Below, piece after piece: positions 13,921 to 25,760 of a stretch of DNA of 64,000 nt. The DNA is taken from NCBI GenBank assembly GCA_036172245.1, contig JAYWIR010000013.1, positions 186,001-250,000 on the forward strand, given 5' to 3'. Under the pieces are notes generated by a model. That model did no database searches. It was not told where the DNA came from and saw nothing but the letters and a program-made list of their open reading frames with translations. The position numbers were made by a program, and so were the translations under genes. The stretch is from Raillietiella orientalis. Taxonomy: Eukaryota. Numbering within the stretch: position 1 is the first letter of the stretch; every line of letters starts with the position of its first letter.

Positions 13921-16393
13921 ACCAGAGAAAGCTCCCGCAGATGCAGGTAGCTTCTAAGCAGTCTGCTTCTAATAACGGGATGCAGAGCGGCTGGCCCGAT
14001 GGGAATGACTGTCCGTGCTTTGTGACCGAATTCCGTAGCCGCCACCGGGAACCGATGTGGGTTTGGGTGGCTGGATAAAACGCCGAATTGCAATGAAGAT
14101 CCCTCTGTGGTTGCATCTCGCTCTCCTTTGACGAAGGCGTCACATGGCATTTTTTTTTATTGCACGTTTTTTTTTTTTTTAAAAAAAAAGAAGTCCCTTC
14201 AGATGAAATTGATTATCTGAAATGCCACTGAGTTCCGAGATGAAATGAGAGAAGTTTTCTGGAAAATATTATTACCATTAGCATCATCATTATTATTATC
14301 CTTGGCATCCATTCGTTATTTGAAAGTGCTGCAGAACACACCCGTGGACTTTTGAAAAAGTAGAAAACCAGCTATCGTCTCTGAGCGAAGGTTTCCAGAT
14401 GAACTACTGCGCCATCTATGATTTAGTTCACGAACGGGCGGAAACCTCTGTTTGCACCGAAACTTTTTCGTGCCTCCACTGCCATCTCAAATGACTCAAA
14501 AGCGCAATCTTCTACAAATAAAAATCGAAGAAACCGCATCCGAAGCTAGAGATGATGGCTCAGAACCACGTCTTGCAAATGGACGGCCACCAGTAATGTA
14601 AGAAATCAATATCGACACGATTGTGACAGAGAATCTCCAGATATCATCTGGTACTCATTTCTAATGACTCTCCACTGCTGTTTTTTCGAATTTCCAAAGA
14701 TTACAGTCTTTTCTGATATTTGCAATTACTAGCCATCCTGAACACTCGACAATGAGCCTTATTTTGAGTGTGCAATAATTTTGATCCGAAGAGAAGTCGG
14801 TGTTCTTTTGGCCTTTACATTAACAGCAGATGTTTCTCAGCTACTCCACTTGAGGGAAACAGAGAGCTCCTGAAATCAGTGGACAGGGCAGTCGAGGAGA
14901 CCACAGTGCAGAGCATTTCCGGAGGGAAACACCTCTTCTGTTGAGGCTTTCGCAGGTCTTCTTTAGGAAAGGGGAAAAAAGTATGGTATCGTCGGTCTGG
15001 AGCAAAAAAGTGCGATTTCTGGCTGGTAGACGTAGACATCACGTCTGTTTGTCCACTGCCTACGGACGACATCGCAAGCAAATTGTGGTTTCATTGTTTG
15101 CTTGCAAACAAGTGTGATTTAATGAGACAACCGGAAGATCACGTGGCTCTGCAGAGTTCAGCATGAAAGAGGATCGCATGCCACGCCGATTTTCGACGCA
15201 TTTCAAAGTCTTAGCCCAGGTCGCGAATCCGAAAGCCTCACTTGGTGAATTGAAAAATCGGAAACCGCCCTCTCCTCATCGCATCGCCTTTCCCTTCAAA
15301 GGTGAGACACCGCCACCACGGTTTCATCTCGTGCGCATGGTGACCTCAGAGGAAGAAGAGAATGTTTTGTTATCTTCGATGAATGCCCGCAGCGATTGTG
15401 AGCATCGGAATATCTGAATGGCTCTGTTTCACTGCCGGGAACAGGAGAGGGACTCCCTGATGGATTCCAATCCAATACGCACAAACCAGAAGGACCTCAT
15501 TCCCGGAGAAGGCAACAGAAAAAAAAATCTCCGAGAATCAACGTTGCATATCGCGCGGACTGTTGGCTGCACTCTGACAGAAAGCCCGTCTAGTCCCGGT
15601 ACACAACATTAATTTTCTAGAATAGACAACTGCAACAGCTGAGTCTTCGAAGGGAATGCAGTAATTTCTGCTCTTGTAGCAAGAAGGCGAAAGGATTATG
15701 GAGATTAAATGCCTGAACGACGTTCGAACCTGAAAGTCAAATCAAAGCGACGGTTTAATGGTTTAAGAAACTCATTGGAAGGCAATAACGGTGGTCACCC
15801 GACTAGATGCGTCTCAACGCCCCATCTCCTGTTGGACCTTTGAGTTACGGGAGCGGGACCGAGCTCGATGCATGGGACTTCTTTCTAGTGCAGATTCTTA
15901 TGATCCGGCGTAGGCAAAGTGGATCACGTCACGCAAAAAAAAGTTTCCTTGCACCGCAGTAGATGAGCTTTAATTTTATTGCGGACATTGGCTCAGTCCT
16001 TATAAAAAAAAGAACGCGAACCACGCGATTTAACATGATTTAAGTGGTTGAATTCTATTTTATTTAATTTTCCACAACGCGAGTGATAGAGCCGAAACAA
16101 CAGAATTCTTTAGATTGAATAAATATCAACAAACTCTAGAAACTTTCCAATTAATGAAGGGACACTTCGCTTTGTGTGCTTTGAAGTGAGACAAATATTC
16201 TACTGTTACAGCATCCAAGATATATTTTTCTATGAATTCTAGAGCACTATCCATGTTTAACCCATAGGGTTCGTATAAGGCGGATCCGTGTCCTCCGCCT
16301 TATACGGGGCTACTGCAGTCGCATCTCTATCCTCCATTTGCGAACAATTGCTGTTGTTGTTATTATCCCTATTATTACTTTGATATAGAATGC

Positions 16394-16720
16394 ATGCAAG
16401 GCGTGCAGCAGCCCGGTGGTTGCAGAAGCTGCGCCGTCGGCAAAGAAAACTCGGATTTCTTGTACCGTGCTCGGGCCTCCTCTTCGCTCGTCTCATGGAG
16501 TCTTTTCCTGACCGCACTCGGGTTCGCAAAGCAAAGGACCCGGAGGCTCATTAACCTAAGAGCAAAACTAAGAGCCTTTCCGACTCTCTCACTCGCTGCG
16601 TAGCCGGCATGTTTCACGTTCCGGAAGACTTTTTTTGGACCGACAACTCCGTGTCATGTGAAAACACCATCTAATCTGGAAGTGCCGGTGTTCGACCACC
16701 GCTGACGCCCTGTTGAAAAC
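16394..16720 (+). mobile_element. degenerate Tx1/L1-like ORF2 C-terminal zinc-knuckle remnant
   Basis: CRSCAVGKENSDFLY...W is followed by KHHLIWKCRC, the IWKxR motif typical of L1/Tx1 ORF2 ends. Confidence 0.4.
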
Positions 16721-17830
16721 CTTCAGGAGAGTTGGTCCCCTTGAAAGAGGAGAGCACAATAAGGAGACGTTGGGAATCGCATCGAGCATACTTGGTCGGT
16801 GCTGGACACGCGAAAACATTCGAGACAAGCACTCACGCACGCACGTGATCCGTTCCCACGGAAACACGGAGATTTTCACGGCGGGATGCCAGAAAGGCTT
16901 CAAACGTGAGAACAATGAGAGGAGGTTGCTGGAGTCGAAGAGGGAGGGGAGGTGGGAAGTGTTCTAAGGTCTGTGGCGGTGTCTGGACCCGGGTCGGAAC
17001 CACATGCATCCATCCATTGCTCCGCGGTTCCTCGGATGCCTCAGATGCCTCGAGGGAAACCACGGTCGAGGGAAGAAAGAGCGGCTAAAAGCACGGCATG
17101 TCTTCAAAGGAAAGAAGGGCTGCCATGACCTCTGAAGCAAGGAAGCGGACGGCGAAGGTAGTTTCTGCCGCCCACTCTCGCTGCCCAGGTCCGGGTGGTT
17201 CGACCACGAAGGTTAGGAGGGGGGATCTCTGCTCGCACAAAAGCGGCGCCCCGTTCCCGAGAGCTCCCGAAAGCACGCGGGTGTGTCCTCCGGGAAAGGG
17301 AAGGACTCCTACGTCCGAGAAATCCGCGCGCCACGTAGAGAGAGGGGGATAGAGGTCAAGAGCGCGCTCCCATAAACCCAGGCCCGAACCTCGTTCAAGA
17401 TGGGGGCACTGCGCCGGCACGGGTGACAGGAACTGCCCTGATCTGAGAATGGTGCGCATCGCAGGCGATCAGCTGCTCCCAGAACCGCCTGCATCGCGGA
17501 GAAACACCACAGAGAAAGCAGGAAGCGCTGATCCAGCAGCAGGAGGTTCCCTCACGGAGCTCGACTGGACCGGGTTGGAAATGAGGGAGGAAGGAAGGGA
17601 GGACGCTCTTCTCGTCAAACTTCGACCGGAATGGAGCGGGAATTTGTGTCGGGAAGTGGGAAGGGAGCGATATCCCACATTGGCAAAGACAGAAAAAGCG
17701 CACCTGGCTCCAGGACCCTTCGAGGACTTCGGGAACCCTGCCGATTCCGCGTGTATCGCCGTCCTCCTTCCAGCTTCCTTTTTTTCCCCTCCTTTTTGGT
17801 TTCCAATGAGTACTGAAGAACCGTTTGCTT

Positions 17831-18445
17831 AGGGGCTCACGAGGCTCTTTGACACGCAACTCGAGGGCGCATATCTTGAATGAATCCAGGAAGGGCTACG
17901 GAGGAAGAAGTCTGTTCTTCTTACGCTTGGGAGGGAACCCCGAAGGGAACACTCGCCCTGGTTGTCTCCGAAGGGAAACATCCCAAAGGAAATCTCCTTC
18001 TTCGTTCTCTCCATAGGGACCTCATGGAGGAGCTGGCTCCTCAATTTCTCCTCCAGATGGAACCCCGGAAAGGGTCCGCTCCTTGTTTCCTTCTCCTCCG
18101 AAGAGAACCCCGAAGGGATGCTTCCTAGTTTCTTGAAGGGTCTGCTCCCCGAAGGAAGCAGCACACTTGCAAGATACCTCGAGTAGGGTGCCAACCAGCT
18201 CCATGTATGCGATGGAGGATCCTCCCTGAGGAGGGAGGGACGGCTCCATCTTCGCAACCGGAGGGGAACCCCGAAGGGCTCCTTGGTTCCTAGGCGAACT
18301 CCGGAGGATCAACTTTCCCGTCCCAGTCAATCAAACGGTGGCATGCGGGAGTTTCCGGCTTTTACCCGTGCCTCACCCGAAGCCATCCGGGACCAACCAG
18401 CGTCATCTTGCAAGGAGAGCTGGGACCCACGACGCATCCATTCGC
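17831..18445 (+). repeat. unclassified dispersed repeat, copy 2
   Basis: Colinear with 4440-5030: gaagagaaccccgaag, ggaagcagc, cagctccatg, gcgtcatcttgc. Has five ~40-bp ctccgaagggaaccccgaaggg-like subunits. Confidence 0.75.
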
Positions 18446-18849
18446 GGTAAAGAAGATTCGGGCACCAATCAACCTGGTAGCGAACGACCACAGATCGGAG
18501 GGGGAGCTGAGAGGCATCGCGGATGTCTTAAGGTTTTTGAGCGCTCTGATTAAAGAAATCACACCATGCAGTGTTCCCCCCCCCCCCCCTTCCTTTCCCT
18601 TCCTCCTTTTTTTTTTATTTTGCTTTTTTCTTTTCATCCTCTGCTTGGAGGACGCATAAATTTTACGAGTCGACAAGCAAAAGTCAGAGGAAACAAAAAA
18701 AAAAAAACAAGCAGATGCACGGGCTCTTTTTTTTTGGCTCCCATAGGGACAAGAACTGCCGAGCGCACTAGCGTTTCCAAGTGTCCTCCTTAGGAACTCT
18801 CCCTAAGGATTTGATGATCGGAACGTGGGAGAGAGCATGCACCTATTCC

Positions 18850-19353
18850 ACCGCGGTGGTGCACATGCAGGTGCCAATGCGGACCGTCTGGAAGGGTTGG
18901 TGAGGACCTTCCTCACGCGGGCGGATACACCGCTGGGTGCAAGTCGCGGGTGTGCACTGAGGTTGCGGCGCAGGGCTCGGAGCACGGTGAGCGTTTGATG
19001 CCGCCCCCCCGTCCCTTCCCCCCAGGGTGAAAAAGGATGGTCTCTTCGTGGTTTTGTTTCGCACACTGCATATAAATCTTCCGAGGTATTCTCCTCCATC
19101 TGCTCATTCGGTCGGAATTTCTCTCGCTCGCTCGCTCGCTTCGGGAGTATGCAGAAGGAATCTCCTGAGGTAGCGGGGGTGCGGATAGCATGTTGGGGGA
19201 GGAAGAAGGAGAACTTCCCACCTGATCCGCCCTTTTTCTGTTTCGACCTGTGATCGCTCCGGTTTCGCTGCATCCGCGATCAGAAGCTGCAGCGGTGCTC
19301 CTTTGTGTTTTCACCCGGTCACGCCGGGGCTTTTCTCGTCAAAAAAATAAAAA
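18850..19353 (+). mobile_element. LINE-like 3' end remnant with ccggtcacgccgggg motif and A-rich tail
   Basis: Motif at 19315-19329 followed by aaaaaaataaaaa. The 5' boundary is a guess. Confidence 0.4.
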
Positions 19354-19629
19354 TTTCGACAGAGTGTCATCGGAGAAATGCACAATGGCAGTGCAATGCC
19401 GCTGCTTCCGCATGTGTTCCGGAGGAGTGATCCTATTGGAAGCAGCAGCCGCCCGAAGAGGTCAGCACAGGGAGGTGAGAAGGAGGAAGAAACGGGAAAA
19501 ATAAATAAATAGAAAACAGAAACAAAAGTACTAAGATGTTTTGGGAGTGGTAGGGAAGAAAGGGATCACGGATTTCTCCCTAGTAGTCCCTGCACCCTCT
19601 CAGGAACGCCGGCAGTTTCCTCCCGCGTT

Positions 19630-20050
19630 GTGCCTCAGGCGCGACCATCCCGCCGCGATTCCCGAGACGAAGGAGATGGCTTCTCTGCTATCCCAGCCTC
19701 TGCTGCCGGGGCTTCCAGCATCCACGGTCCCGCGGACGTAGCACGAAGCTGCGGTAGCTGCGACGGGCGATACCCGCCGCGCTTGAGTAGGCGCCTGGAT
19801 GAGGCACCCTCGGGTAGCCTTCTGGGAAGTTCAGGTACTTGGTCAAAGGTCCCCCACGCATTCCAGAGGATAGCACACCAAAGAAAGCACGTGCGGTAGG
19901 GTCTTCCTTTTCCCCACAACCGCCCTCACTCGAAGGTCGCGCTTCCCCTGGTCCAGTGATGGAGGCGTGCGCTACATGGGATGGTCCGATGCAGCAGTGG
20001 AAACGCCAACTCCTGCCCATTGAGGGTAAGCATGGAGCTGCCAAAGAAAA
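19630..20050 (-). mobile_element. degenerate LINE (Tx1/L1-like) fragment homologous to 43380-43800
   Basis: The reverse complement of 19945-20045 aligns by eye to 43395-43500 (RFHCCIGPSHVAHASITGPG vs RLCCRTGALHGTPTGITGHG). Confidence 0.4.
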
Positions 20051-20401
20051 CCTCGGGGATCTCCACTTTCTCGGAAGGGATTCCAAGGAGTTCCTCGTGG
20101 CGGAAAAGTCCTTCAGGGAGGGCGGCAAGGGCGAAAACGTGAGGCAGCTGAACGAGCCGTCCAGCATCCCAATTGCTCCATTCTTCCCTGAGACTTTGTG
20201 GGCTGATGACTGTCCTGGCTATCCCACAGGGACGTCAGCGTTGCAGCAAAAGGGGTTCGCCGGGCCTACAGAGTCTTTTCTCAGGCGGTCCGTCATCTCC
20301 TTCGGCGAGCAGCGAGCATGTCTGGGACACAGCAGATGTTGCATTTCTTCCAGGCTCGTGCCGCTGATCTCCGCCCACGCCTGGGACCGTCCCATCTTGA
20401 T

Positions 20402-20477
20402 CGGACTGCGGTGTCTGGAAACGGGAATCAGTTCGCCCATTTCTGAGCTGTTTCCTGTTTCCAGGCACCGCAGTTCG
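20402..20477 (+). ncRNA. candidate pre-miRNA-like or foldback hairpin
   Basis: 33-nt arms around a 10-nt loop. As + strand RNA there are four G.U wobbles and one U-U mismatch. I do not recognise a known miRNA. Confidence 0.35.
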
Positions 20478-21559
20478 CTGCGCTCAGGAGACCCAAGCGT
20501 GTTCCTGCGCCAAGGCAACCATCTGCCGAAACTGGTAGCCGCAACGCTGCAGTCTTCGGTGGCTGCAAACGAGGAACGAGGCGAGTCCCTCTGAGCCGAC
20601 TGCTCGCTTAAGTGGAATCCGCGCCGGCGCGCACCAAACTTCGCCCCCAGGGCCGTTCTTCGGGACTGCAGCGACTATCCATTCTTTCCAGCGTCAAAAC
20701 GCCGAGCCCGCCGTCTGGATGCGGAGTGCGCAAGTCCCTCGAGCGGACTCGGGAGAACTCCTCAAGAAGTGCTCCTTTGTCGGCGGGCAGTAGGGACAGC
20801 GTCCTGTGTTTGGTCTGTCCTCCTCCACCGTGGCCCCTCCGGTTCTGCTGCCTAGCTGCCTCTCGATCCGAAGATGCTGTGTGTGGCAACTCGACCTTTT
20901 CTCCAGAGCAGGCTACCCGACTTACCAGGCCTGGGCGAAAGTCCCGGGCCTAGTCGGGGTCCCAAGTCTTCTCCTTTCGATGGTTTCGTTTGAGGAGCCA
21001 CCAAATCCCGTCTTTCCGCACAGCTCCCTCAATGGAAATGACCATGGATGGTCGTGTCTCTTCGTAATGAATTTGGAATTTCGAAAGCAACGACCTGATC
21101 GCTGCGTGATGATCTTCCGGCGTCATTTCCTATGTGAGGACACGCACCTTTTTCGAGCAGCAGCTCCTGAACGGTCTCTGTCCGCAGCCCCGTGGGGTGC
21201 TGCTCCATGGCTGGCGGAGTTCATCATGTCCCTTTGTCCGCTGAAAAGGCGACAACTTCCAAGAGTCCCCCTGCAGCACGGACCTGGCATCAACCACGGC
21301 TCCATCCGCTTCCCTCATTACCATCTCGACATCAACAGAATCGACGTTAACGGACCCTGGCATCACCGTCACGTCAGTCATTGCTCCAACGTTCTGACTG
21401 CGGCACATCGCACCATCTACCTATTCATGTGTGTATATATGCATATGAGAGGTTGCATATCGCATCAGTCAAGCTGATACATATCAGAGAATGTAGAGAA
21501 AGAATGCACGTGAAGCCACTCTTCCCTCTTGGAGCACTCCTTTCTGTAGATCCGACCCA

Positions 21560-21900
21560 CATCTCCGCATCTCGTCGGCTCCGCCCGTACGGGCAACAGC
21601 AAGTCGAGGCTGCGCGCGAAGCCGTGTGCGGAAAAGCTCAGGTGATACTCCGTGTGCAGGAAAAAAACAAAGCCCAGCGCGCGATGCTGTCTGATGCAGA
21701 CCGTGGAGTTTCCCTGATCCGGATGCTTCTCGACGAGTGCCGAGCCTCCTTGAGCGAAGGTGCGCGTGCGCCTCGCACGCCCATCCAAGACGCATGCTCC
21801 CATCTTCGGTTCGCTGCCTCCGGAGCGCTTGGGTTCCTCCAGGGACTAGTGTTCGCGTGTTGCGCATATCGTTGCTCGTCCCGTTCACACCCGACCGGGT
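21560..21900 (-). mobile_element. degenerate LINE C-terminal (zf-RVT-like) remnant
   Basis: Frameshifted RSIRIRETPRS...WALFF / LH...RTRL...CPYG pattern. Weak. Confidence 0.25.
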
Positions 21901-22539
21901 TTTTGAGGCACGAAGTCCGCGTGCGAACGCGGCGACTGGATTCTGCCTCTTGGAAGCTTAAGACCGCATCCGAGGCATCTGCACGGACTGGGAATTGGCC
22001 GCTGTCGGAATCCCCCGTGTGCTCGCGCAAGTGATCAGAGACCAAAGGTGCGAAGGTCACACACCGCCATTGTTCTCAGGATGTAAGTCAACACCTGCGA
22101 CATTCTTACAATAAAATGCTGCCAAGCATTGGTAAGACGAGCGAGTGAGCAGCGAAAGAGTGTGATGTAATGCGAACAGCAAGCGTTTATCCCGAAAGCA
22201 GGGTGCAGTACAGTACATAGCACTGGCGGACTCCCGTGCTCACCGATGGAGAACGCTGTAGGTGCGAGCGAATGGAGGAAGATCATCGCAACGTATGGCA
22301 AACGGAACGTGTGTGAAATTTCTCAGTTCACATGAATACCACACCCATAATGTTCCGAGAGCGGTGCGTGTTACATGGGCTGCTCCCGCAGATTGAAACG
22401 GTCCCGATCGAAAACGGAATTCATCAACTGCTGAGGGAGTTCCATTTCTTGAGTACATCAGGAGAGACGGTCCATTGATGGCGTTTGGTTTGAAATCCCG
22501 AAGGATCATAAAAAATAAATGCATCCGTGTGTTTATTGA

Positions 22540-23060
22540 AATATGTAATCTTTATAATACATATATATATATAAAATAAAGCTTATAAAGAATAAGTATA
22601 TGCTCTTGTTATGCATATTAATTATTATTTACATATAGATCAATGTGCATATTCATTTTAACATATACCTATTAATATTTATCAGCAAACATATTATTAA
22701 TATCATTAATAGCATGCATTAATATATAATTGTTATTATATAATAAGAGCTATAAAAAATAAATACATTTTTGTATTATATATACTACTACATCCATATA
22801 TATTTTTACATGAATGAATATATAAATAGCGAATTTTAAAAAAAATGAAAACATAATGGTGGCAATTAAAAACAATGGAAAAAAATTAAAAAGCAAACGA
22901 ATTAAAAAAAAAACAGTAAAGTCAAGTTTTTAGTATTCGATTTGTAAATTAATTTGGGATTCCATTTTCCTGTCATTTCAAATACATTTCAAATGTGTAT
23001 ATAGTATTTGTAGCCTACAGATATAGTGCATTCATATATGCGTATGTTCACATACGTACA
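22540..23060. repeat. AT-rich low-complexity region
   Basis: Very high A/T content with tatata runs and poly-A. Confidence 0.75.
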
Positions 23061-23989
23061 CACCTTTTGAACTGTAATGAATTAACATGAGGGCATTTAA
23101 GTATGGGAATCCTCTGGATTGATAGAAAAAGGACTTTGATCATGACTTCGTTGAGCTACGTGTTTGTCATAGTGATGACAACTTATTCAAGGATGAGCTG
23201 CGTGAAGAGGGAGACCTCGGGCGAATGGGTTGCGCATCGACAGACACAACGGGGGAGAGGAAGCGCGCCTGGGACCTCTGCTGCCTGCTTGCCACGTTCC
23301 TCTTCATCAAAGACGGAGAGCAGTGGAGACCGCAAAGGGAAGCAAAACAGAGAATCCATGGAATTTTACAAAAGCAGAGGAAGCTGCTGCAGGTCGATCG
23401 GAAATCTCCGGAGAATGTGGCGCTTCGAAAAACGAACGCGAGCTGCTGCTGCCGCCTCGCTCCCTGAGAACTGGGAAAGGAAGGGAGCTCTGGTAGAATT
23501 CGCATTTCAAGGAAGGCAGGGCTGCGCTTTGTGAGTCTTTTCAGAGAGTGTCAGGCGTATGCACAAAGGGCTGAAGAACCTCTAGGTGGAATGAAGGCCG
23601 TCGAGGGATCACGAGCCGCGGAAGCGTCCAAGAGAACTTCTTAATCAGGCCAAAGGTAATGTTCCAAGAGCACGAGGGGCGGAGGAAACCTACAGCGTAT
23701 GAAAAGGCTTCGAGTCAACCGCACAGTGAATCATAAACTTCCTCGTTTAGTATTCACGTGTAAATGATGCTACAGAACTACATCTTCTTTCTCTATCCAA
23801 CTGCTAAAGTTCTTACTCCGTTGTCTTTGTCAGAAAGAAACTCTGTATCTTGAGGATTGGGAGCAATCCGAGAGCGGGAGTGAAAAACTACATGGTATCT
23901 TGAGGACCATCACCATGGAGGGAGACCCACCTAGGAAGAACGTGTTATTTGGTCACTGGCTCTAAATAAGTGTCAGGAGAACACTGAGA

Positions 23990-25760
23990 GTGAGAATAAA
24001 CGTTGAAGGAGAGTTGGAGCGTGGGACTGTACAAAGAGTTAGGAATCAGCTCGGGGTCCAAAGGAATCCTTTTTCTTTATACACAAGGTGCAGGAGGTAC
24101 AGTGCACATCAATTATATACTTCTTATATCCAAATGAGATATTCAGCGGAAATATGTACCACGAAGAAAGCACTCAACTCTGGACAGAATCTCAGCTTAG
24201 TGATTGATTCTTCTGGAATTTTTTTTCCTATCGTAGTCTGTGGAGTTGCACTAAGAAATTCACATGGAAAAAACACTCAAAGCTAGGAGTGTCGAGTGTT
24301 TTGCTTCCTCCAGTGCAAAAGTGGTCAAAAATGCGTCCCCGTGCAGCTCTCTCCGGCTACACCCTGCCTAAGCAATGCCTAGTCCTGGAACGTTTCATCA
24401 AAATGTGGACCAGCACAGCTGCAAGATCAGTTCCGTCGTAAAAATATGGCAATCGAAAATACTTACATGGTACATCAGTTGTGTACTCAAGCAGCGAAGA
24501 AGGAAAGTGGTTGGATCTTTCCAGTGCTTTGTGTTCTTGGGCAGTTTGAAATCCTTACCAAAAGGATCAAGATGAAACTTTGATGGAAGAACGAGATCCT
24601 TCAAGTGGTGTATACCCAGAAATGATGACGAATTTTGGAATTATATGGCAAAGGACATTACAGCCCCACGTGACCCACATCTTTGAAAGCCTCAGAATTG
24701 CGTAGCTTACAGCTAATATGGCGAAAGAAACATTCTTCAAAGTAGTTTAATCTGAAAGTTACTTTCATAGCTCATGTGAGGTTCCTGGGTAGCCAGAAAA
24801 ACTCTCTTTCCAAATCAAAGCCTATTCAAACAAAATGTTGTTCGATAGTTTCGAAAATTAAGATGAATGACTCTGCAATAATTTCAAACGAAAGTAGACG
24901 AAGCTAAAAAACATGGTATTCATCAAACAACTAAACAGTTGGGGAGGAGGAAGCTGAAAGCAGGCAGAAAACAGATGTGAAATAGCATATTGCTTCACAA
25001 AAGACATATTCTTATCAATGCAGTGCAGCGATTAGAAGCAACAGACAACATCAAGTACTAAGTATATGAATTAACGAAATGGCTATTTTTTTTTTTAAAA
25101 AGAAAAAAATGCTCTTCTGGAAATGGTTTGTTAGACGCGGTCCGTTCCCTCATATCTTCACCCAGGCTAGGCAGCAAAACAAGGTTTAAAGAGGCACGAT
25201 CTCATCTGCTAAATGATGAGATGACCTCAGCACTAAGAACTCCACAAACCCCCGCTACGGGTTTTTCAATCAGCTGTGTGTGTCCACTTGATTGAAAACT
25301 TGAATCATTGAGTGCTCCTTTTGTACGTCAGCTGTTCTACCGGTGTCAGAACACCTCGTGCTCTCAAGGAAGCAGTTCACAATGTGTACTCTTGGACAAG
25401 CGCCTCATCTAGATACTTATTTAATCGAAGCACCCACTGATGCTCCACACGTTTCTTAGCACATGGCGATGTAAGAAAGGAAAGGAGGAAGCTCTGGTCA
25501 TCTAAATGGAATCACTCTTTCGATTGATAGCCACATCTCACAAACATGGTTTCTCGTGAAGGAAGCTGTTCCCTAACGTACAGTGCCATTCTGTAAACTC
25601 TCGGACAACTCCGCTATTGCGTGATGGCTGCGATGTAGGGTTTGGTGCAGAATATTTGAGGTGACGGCTGCGGTAAAGGAAACGAAAACTTGCCCGTGGT
25701 GCGCTGACACGGAATGTTTAGGCTTGGTTCTGTGGAACTGCTGCAGTTCTGCTGAGGGAT
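23990..25760 (+). mobile_element. ancient non-LTR retrotransposon remnant (RT-like start, CCHC-like end)
   Basis: VRINVEGELE near 23990 resembles the RT VRING motif. CPWCADTECLGLVLWNC at ~25691-25741 resembles a LINE C-terminal zinc knuckle. The two may be separate fragments. Confidence 0.3.

Noticed and set aside
19839..20594. 251-aa ORF
   Set aside because: It spans an antisense LINE fragment and the hairpin. The RCLETG peptide on both strands is only a consequence of the inverted repeat.
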